Source: Myxococcota bacterium
GTDB lineage: Bacteria > Myxococcota_A > UBA796 > CAJQPC01
Assembly (NCBI GenBank): GCA_036012755.1
Contig: DASCPX010000009.1
Coordinates: 96,001-160,000, forward strand
DNA: 64,000 bases
Direction: 5' to 3'
A model generated the notes under the pieces. The model was not told where the DNA came from, did no database searches, and was given only the letters and a program-made list of their open reading frames with translations. The stretch's first letter is position 1. Each line of letters begins with the position of its first letter. A program made the position numbers and the translations under genes. Shown here piece after piece: positions 58,784 to 64,000 of this stretch.

Positions 58784-61437
58784 CGGGACGAGGCCCAGCG
58801 CGCGAGCACCGGCAGCAGGGTGACCGAGGTGACGAAGCAGGTCCCGACACCGAGCACGACGAGACTCGCCAGGCCTGCGAGGCCGCGATGGTTGAGCAGG
58901 AAGAGCACTGAGAACCCGAGGCTGGTCGTGAGCGAGGTGAACAGGATCGCGCGGCCGGTTGCCGCGATGGCGGCGCTGACGTCCTCGCCCCCTTCCTCCC
59001 AGCGGTGGAGGATGTGGACGCCGTCGTCGATGCCGATGCCGAAGACGATGGGAAAGGAAGCGAGCATGAGGATGCTGATCGGAATGGACAGCGCGATGAT
59101 CAACCCGATGGCGACGAAGCTGCCAAGGACCACCGGCACCAGCGCCACCAGTACCTTGCGCGGGCTGCGCAGGTCCAGCGCGAGGATCGCGCCGAGCGCG
59201 AGGACCGTGAAGCCGAGGGACATCGGCAGCCTGTCGATGCCTCCGACGAGCAGGTCGTCGACGACGAGGAGCGTCCCGGTCGCGAGCGGATCGACCTCCA
59301 GCACGTCCGCCTTGAAGCGCTGCAGGAACTCGAACTCGATGCGGTAGTCGCTCGGGTAGACGTAGGTGAGGTAGGCGTCCCCGTCGACGAAGCGACGGCG
59401 CAGCTCCTCGGGGAGATCCTCGACGCCGTAGCGCCAGTAGGCCGAGCCTGCCCGGAGCCCCTCGACGGCCTCGACGAGTCCACCGAGCAGCACGATCTCC
59501 GTGCGCGCCAGCTCCGCCTCTCGGCCATCCAGAGACCCCAGGGCTTCGGTTGCAGCCGCCTTGACCCTCCGGCCCTTCGCCGCGAGCCCAGGACGCCCGG
59601 CGACCCCTGCCTCCCCGGTGATGCGCGCCCCGATGGCTCTCAGCGCTTCAAGCTCCTCTCGCAGGGAGGCCGTGTCGACCGCGTCGCGTTCTGGGACCTC
59701 CAGCCGCAGATCTGCGAGAAGTGGCAACAGACGCCGGTTGCGATCGAGGCGAGCCTCCACGTCCCGAGGCAGCAGATCGAAGGGCCCGGCGACGCGCGAG
59801 ACCGTGTCCAGGGCAACAAACTGCGCAGCGCGCGCCCGGGACTCCTCCATCGAGCCGCTGACGGAGAGGACGGCCTCTGCCGAGCCGCCCAGGGCCTCGG
59901 CGAAGAGGTGGTTCGCGCGCATCGCCGGGATGTCCTGGGTGATGATCTTCTCGAGGTCCGTCTCGAGCTCGAAGCGGGGCAGCTGCGAAGCCGTGGCCGC
60001 GAGCACCACCAGCGACACGACGATGACCCGGACAGGATGCCGGAGGCAACCGGCGACCAGCCTGGACAGTGACTTCAGCTCCATCGTCACCCGCGGCCGC
60101 TTCACATGGAACCGATCGGTCAGGCACAGCGCAGCAGGGAGCACGCCGACCATGACGAAGAGCGCGCAGCCGAGGCCGATGGCGGCCGTGACGCCCAGGT
60201 GCGTGGCAGCCTTGAAGTCGGTCAGGACCATCATCAAGAAGGCGGTCATCGTGGTGACCGCGCCGATGACCACACCGCGCCCTGTCCGCGACAAGGCGGT
60301 CACCATCGCCTCCTCTCCATCGAGGCCCAGGGCGCGCTCGTCGTTGTAGCGGACCACGACGTGCACGGCGTAGTCGACGCCGAGACCGAAGAGGAAGGTC
60401 GGGAAGGCCAACGAGGTGAGCGAGGCGTAGCCAAAGCAGAACTTCACGGCGGCGAAGGTCCAGACCAGCGTGACGAGCAGCCCGGCCCCGACGAGCAGCG
60501 GGGTGCTGATCCGGCGGTCCAGCAGGAAGAGCGCCGCGAGCACCAACACGAGCGACAGCGCGGACAGCGGGGCGATGCGACCCAGCACGTTCTGCTGGTC
60601 CTGGTAGCCGCCGGGGATGATGCCGCAGAACTGCATCCACATGTCCGGGTGGGCCTCGCGGATCGGGTCGATGGCGGCCTCGATGGCGCCAAAGCCCTCC
60701 AGCCCGAGATCCACCTCGAGGGGTCTCAGGGTCGTCTGGACGTCGACGAAGCCAAGGGCCCCGTCCGGCGAGGCGAACCAGCCATCCCGGAGCGGGAGGC
60801 CCCCGACGTCGGCGCCGTCGGAGAGTCCGGCCATCCAGATGTCCTCGAGCCCATCCGGGTCCGCGACCAGGCTCTCGAGGAGCACCGCCAGGGCGTCCAG
60901 CGCGTCCTCGGCTCCAGCCGGGGCGCTGCGAGCGTTGAAGCCCTCGCCCAGGCGGGCAGACACGGCGCCGAGTCCGGACTCGAGGGTGGGGTCCACCTCC
61001 AGCGCGAGGAGGATCGGGCGCAGCTCGACCAGCCCGTCGTGGAGCTCCTCGAAGTCCGCATCGGGCAGCTGCACCAGGCCGTGGCGCAGGATCTCGTCCC
61101 GGTCGACGCGCGCGCGGACGTCGACGACGTCGGGGAGCGGCAACAGCGCCTCCGAGACAGCCGTGGCGACCTCTCTCCGCTCCGTCTCCGTTCCGCCCTC
61201 GATGACCAGCACGACGCCACTCGCGGCGCCAAAGCGGGTGCTGTAGTCGACCAGCCGCTCCGCGACGGGGTCGCCGTCGTCGAGGATGCCCATGAAGGAG
61301 GCGTCCACCTTCAGGTCGTGCAGATACGTGAGGCTGCCCAGCGTCGCCAGCAGCGCGCCGAGCAGCACCAGTCGGGGCCGGCCCCAAGCCACTCGGGCAA
61401 GGCGAACCAACAGCTGCACGAGGGGCCCGCCATCCAC
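58780..61437 (-). CDS. MMPL/RND family transporter (HpnN-like)
   Basis: Two repeats with GLGVDYAVH..RY and GIGIDDGVH..RW; TGR.I...SLTT..GF. Confidence 0.9.
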   Translation of the reverse strand: MDGGPLVQLLVRLARVAWGRPRLVLLGALLATLGSLTYLHDLKVDASFMGILDDGDPVAERLVDYSTRFGAASGVVLVIEGGTETERREVATAVSEALLPLPDVVDVRARVDRDEILRHGLVQLPDADFEELHDGLVELRPILLALEVDPTLESGLGAVSARLGEGFNARSAPAGAEDALDALAVLLESLVADPDGLEDIWMAGLSDGADVGGLPLRDGWFASPDGALGFVDVQTTLRPLEVDLGLEGFGAIEAAIDPIREAHPDMWMQFCGIIPGGYQDQQNVLGRIAPLSALSLVLVLAALFLLDRRISTPLLVGAGLLVTLVWTFAAVKFCFGYASLTSLAFPTFLFGLGVDYAVHVVVRYNDERALGLDGEEAMVTALSRTGRGVVIGAVTTMTAFLMMVLTDFKAATHLGVTAAIGLGCALFVMVGVLPAALCLTDRFHVKRPRVTMELKSLSRLVAGCLRHPVRVIVVSLVVLAATASQLPRFELETDLEKIITQDIPAMRANHLFAEALGGSAEAVLSVSGSMEESRARAAQFVALDTVSRVAGPFDLLPRDVEARLDRNRRLLPLLADLRLEVPERDAVDTASLREELEALRAIGARITGEAGVAGRPGLAAKGRRVKAAATEALGSLDGREAELARTEIVLLGGLVEAVEGLRAGSAYWRYGVEDLPEELRRRFVDGDAYLTYVYPSDYRIEFEFLQRFKADVLEVDPLATGTLLVVDDLLVGGIDRLPMSLGFTVLALGAILALDLRSPRKVLVALVPVVLGSFVAIGLIIALSIPISILMLASFPIVFGIGIDDGVHILHRWEEGGEDVSAAIAATGRAILFTSLTTSLGFSVLFLLNHRGLAGLASLVVLGVGTCFVTSVTLLPVLARWASSR

Positions 61438-61446
61438 GGGCGGACT

Positions 61447-62655
61447 CTACTCGGATTCGGTCGTGTCCGGCGCGTCCGGGCTGTTGCGCGCGCTCTTGCG
61501 ATCCCGACGCCAGGTCCTTCGCTGGACCCGCTCGTCGCGCTTGGTCTTGCCGCCGAAGCGGTAGCTGACCTCTGCGGTGCTCAGCAGCCAGGCCATGTGC
61601 GGCCGCGAGATCCCGAGGCCGAGCCGGATCGACAGGCGCTTGAAGTCCATCTGGTAGGCACCGGAGAGCGAGAAGGTCTGGGTGACCGGCTGCCAGCCGT
61701 CTTCGGCCTCGACGAGGTTGTAGGCCCCGGTCAGCAGGGGGGGAATGCTGGTGTCGTCGCCCTTGGTGCGCTTCCAGACCATCGACCGACCCTGGAGGAT
61801 CAGGCTGTCGCGCCGGTTCAAGCGAAGGTCGATGGCCGCGTGCGCCGAGACCGCGTCGGCCTCCAGCGCGATCGGATCGACGTAGACGTCGAGGTCCTCG
61901 CTGGTCACCAGCAGCGCCGAGTTGATCTCGGCGAGGTCGGGGAGCCCCTCGAGCCCGATGGCCCAGTAGAGCACCCCGGCATGGATCCCCACCTTGGGAT
62001 GAGCGACGACCGACAGGGTGCCGCCAACGGACTGGTAGCGCGCGCCGAAGTCCGACTGCACCAGCATGTAGCGCGAGCCCTGAAAAGCGAGGTCGACAGG
62101 CCCGAGCCGCAGCGGGTCGACCTTGGCGTTGACGTTGTAGAGCCCGATGGCGTCGAGCGGCAGGTTGGTGCCCACCTGGGTGCGGGGCAGGATGCCGATC
62201 TGGAGGTTCGAGAGACCGACCTTCACCTCTCCCCAGTCGAGGGTGTAGGCGGTGAAGTCGGTGTGCGCGTACGGATTCGGTGGCAGGGCCTTGAGCCGTG
62301 GCTTGAGCCAGTCGATCTGGCCCTTCGTCAGGTCCGGGACCTCGAGCGCGTCCGCGGCGACGTCCACTGGCAGCGCCGGCGCGTCGAACTCCGCCTCGGG
62401 CAGCTCCTCGGCGGTCTGGAGCTCCGAGAGGTCGAGGGCCTGCGGCAACTGGGGCTCAGCGGGGGTCTCGGGCTCAGCGGGGACCTCGGGCTCAGCGGGG
62501 ACCTCGGGCTCAGCGGGGACCTCGGGCTCACCGGGCGCCTCGAGCTCAACGGGGACCTCGGGCTCCTCCTCCTCCGTGTCGTCCGTGACCTGCTCGCCAG
62601 ACCACGCGAGGAGGTCATCGTCGGCAGAGGCCAGGCTGAGCCAGAACCAGAACAC
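61447..62655 (-). CDS. Secreted/outer-membrane protein with Pro-Glu repeat linker
   Basis: Signal VFWFWLSLASA, EPEVPA repeats, TAYTL and amphipathic beta strands. Start could be 62712. Confidence 0.65.
   Translation of the reverse strand: MFWFWLSLASADDDLLAWSGEQVTDDTEEEEPEVPVELEAPGEPEVPAEPEVPAEPEVPAEPETPAEPQLPQALDLSELQTAEELPEAEFDAPALPVDVAADALEVPDLTKGQIDWLKPRLKALPPNPYAHTDFTAYTLDWGEVKVGLSNLQIGILPRTQVGTNLPLDAIGLYNVNAKVDPLRLGPVDLAFQGSRYMLVQSDFGARYQSVGGTLSVVAHPKVGIHAGVLYWAIGLEGLPDLAEINSALLVTSEDLDVYVDPIALEADAVSAHAAIDLRLNRRDSLILQGRSMVWKRTKGDDTSIPPLLTGAYNLVEAEDGWQPVTQTFSLSGAYQMDFKRLSIRLGLGISRPHMAWLLSTAEVSYRFGGKTKRDERVQRRTWRRDRKSARNSPDAPDTTESE
62452..62565 (-). repeat. Coding 18-bp tandem repeat (EPEVPA)
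   Basis: ggggacctcgggctcagc and variants, about 6 units. Confidence 0.88.
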
Positions 62656-62740
62656 CTTCTCTTCCTCGGTCGAAACACCCCAACACTGTAGGCCGCCGCC
62701 GACATGGGTCACACTCTGCGCTGACGAACAGGACAGAGGC

Positions 62741-64000
62741 GTGAGAGACCGTCTGCTCGGATGGCCGCTGGCCGCCGCCGTCTACCTCGGCCTTGCCCTG
62801 TGGACGCTCTACCCGGCCTGGCTGGACGGCGAGCACGTCCTCGTCGGCGACTGGCGCCATCCAGACATGCTGAGCAACCACTGGCTCTACGCCTGGATCG
62901 GAGAGAGCCTGCTCTCGGGCGAGTCCATCCTCCACAACACCGACTACTACTTCCCGATCGGCGACCACCCCTGGCTCGCCGGGAACGGCTCCGACGCCGT
63001 GCTCGCGGCTCCCTTCCACGGTCTGCTGGGGTGGCCGGGCAGCGTGACGGCCTGGCTCGTGTGCGTGCTCGTCGCCAACGGAATCGCCGGGCGGGCGCTG
63101 TGCCGCGTGATGGGCGGAACCAACGCCGGCTCGCTCTTCGGCGGCGCGACCATCGCGCTGTGCGCCTATGTCTGCCACGAGCTCGCGGGCGGGCGCTTCT
63201 CCCAGGTCCCGCTGTGGGCCTTCGCGGGCTTCCTCGCCGCCTGGATCCGCCTGCTCTCCAAGCCCACCCTCGGCATGGGCGTGCTCGCGGGGGTGCTCTA
63301 CGCCGTCGGCGCCTTCCTCTACTGGTACTACGGCCTCTGGGCCGCCGGCATCGCGGCGCTGCTGCTGGCCTTCCGCAGACCAAGAGAAGGCTGGATGCCC
63401 CTGGGGGTCTGCGCGGCCGTCGCCGCCGCCCTGACGCTCCCCCCGCTGTTGCTCTTCCTGAAGAACTGGGCGCTGATCCCCGGGACCGACGCCGCGGTCT
63501 TCCCCCACCCGCTGGCCATGACCTCCGGCCTGCCTCCGACCTTCCTCTTCTGGGGCAGCAGCGCCGAGCGTGGCGAGGTCATCGTCTCGGCCATCGCGCT
63601 CGGGCTGGCGGCGCTCGGCGTCTGGAGGAGCCGCCCGCTGAGCTGGCGGGACAAGGGCATGCTCGCGGTCGGGGCGATCTTCTTCCTGCTGGCGCTCGGG
63701 CCCGAGATCCTCGCTCCGAGCGGCGCAGGAACCGGCGTCCCTGGTCCCTTCCGCCTCGCCTACGGCACCGTCGGGGTGCTCCAGCGCTACTGGTGGCCCT
63801 ATCGCCATGTCGTAGTCGTGCTCTTCGTCGTAGCCGTCTTCGCCGCAAGGGCCCTGCCGGAGAAGTGGCCCCTGGCGCTGGGGTTGGTGGTGGCCTTGCC
63901 GGTCGACTTGATCCTGCGCGACGGCAAGGCCTCTGCGCCCTCGGCGTGGTGGGAGCCCCCAGAGGCCTACCTGGCCATCGCCGAGCTCCCCGGCGAAGCG
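62741..64000 (+). CDS. Polytopic membrane protein, GT-C/YfhO-like (3' partial; absent from the ORF track)
   Basis: My translation from GTG 62741 gives VRDRLLGWPLAAAVYLGLALWTLYPAW...HPDMLSNHWLY...YYFPIGD... with many TM helices; no stop seen before the window end. Confidence 0.7.
   Translation, partial: MRDRLLGWPLAAAVYLGLALWTLYPAWLDGEHVLVGDWRHPDMLSNHWLYAWIGESLLSGESILHNTDYYFPIGDHPWLAGNGSDAVLAAPFHGLLGWPGSVTAWLVCVLVANGIAGRALCRVMGGTNAGSLFGGATIALCAYVCHELAGGRFSQVPLWAFAGFLAAWIRLLSKPTLGMGVLAGVLYAVGAFLYWYYGLWAAGIAALLLAFRRPREGWMPLGVCAAVAAALTLPPLLLFLKNWALIPGTDAAVFPHPLAMTSGLPPTFLFWGSSAERGEVIVSAIALGLAALGVWRSRPLSWRDKGMLAVGAIFFLLALGPEILAPSGAGTGVPGPFRLAYGTVGVLQRYWWPYRHVVVVLFVVAVFAARALPEKWPLALGLVVALPVDLILRDGKASAPSAWWEPPEAYLAIAELPGEA

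Overview
High-GC bacterial chromosomal window whose gene content looks Myxococcota-like (inference from AgmX/PglI, PEGA, FG-GAP, Ser/Thr kinase, caspase and sigma54-activator genes). It is densely coding, with about 60 CDS and no rRNA, tRNA, CRISPR array or intact transposase that I can see. Housekeeping genes (argS, aminopeptidase P, acyl-CoA and aldehyde dehydrogenases, FKBP PPIase, LOG, UPF0182) are mixed with many secreted or lipoprotein hypotheticals. Highlights: (1) an unannotated selenoprotein, a lipoprotein redoxin with an in-frame UGA in a UxxC motif followed by a SECIS-like hairpin (2953-3612); (2) a coupled ECF sigma / zinc anti-sigma / exported caspase module (18652-21633); (3) a HisC-like PLP enzyme whose Schiff-base Lys is replaced by Phe; (4) a CTAG-flanked MITE-like element in a long and a short copy, both at stop codons; (5) an atypical phosphorelay operon (28495-35835); (6) a window-wide pattern of very short, uncharged signal peptides and apparently leaderless starts; (7) tandem c-type cytochrome lipoproteins, an orphan adenine methyltransferase and a decaying pair of CsgG/TolB-N-like paralogs. 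All product calls come from motif recognition only; no database searches were run.
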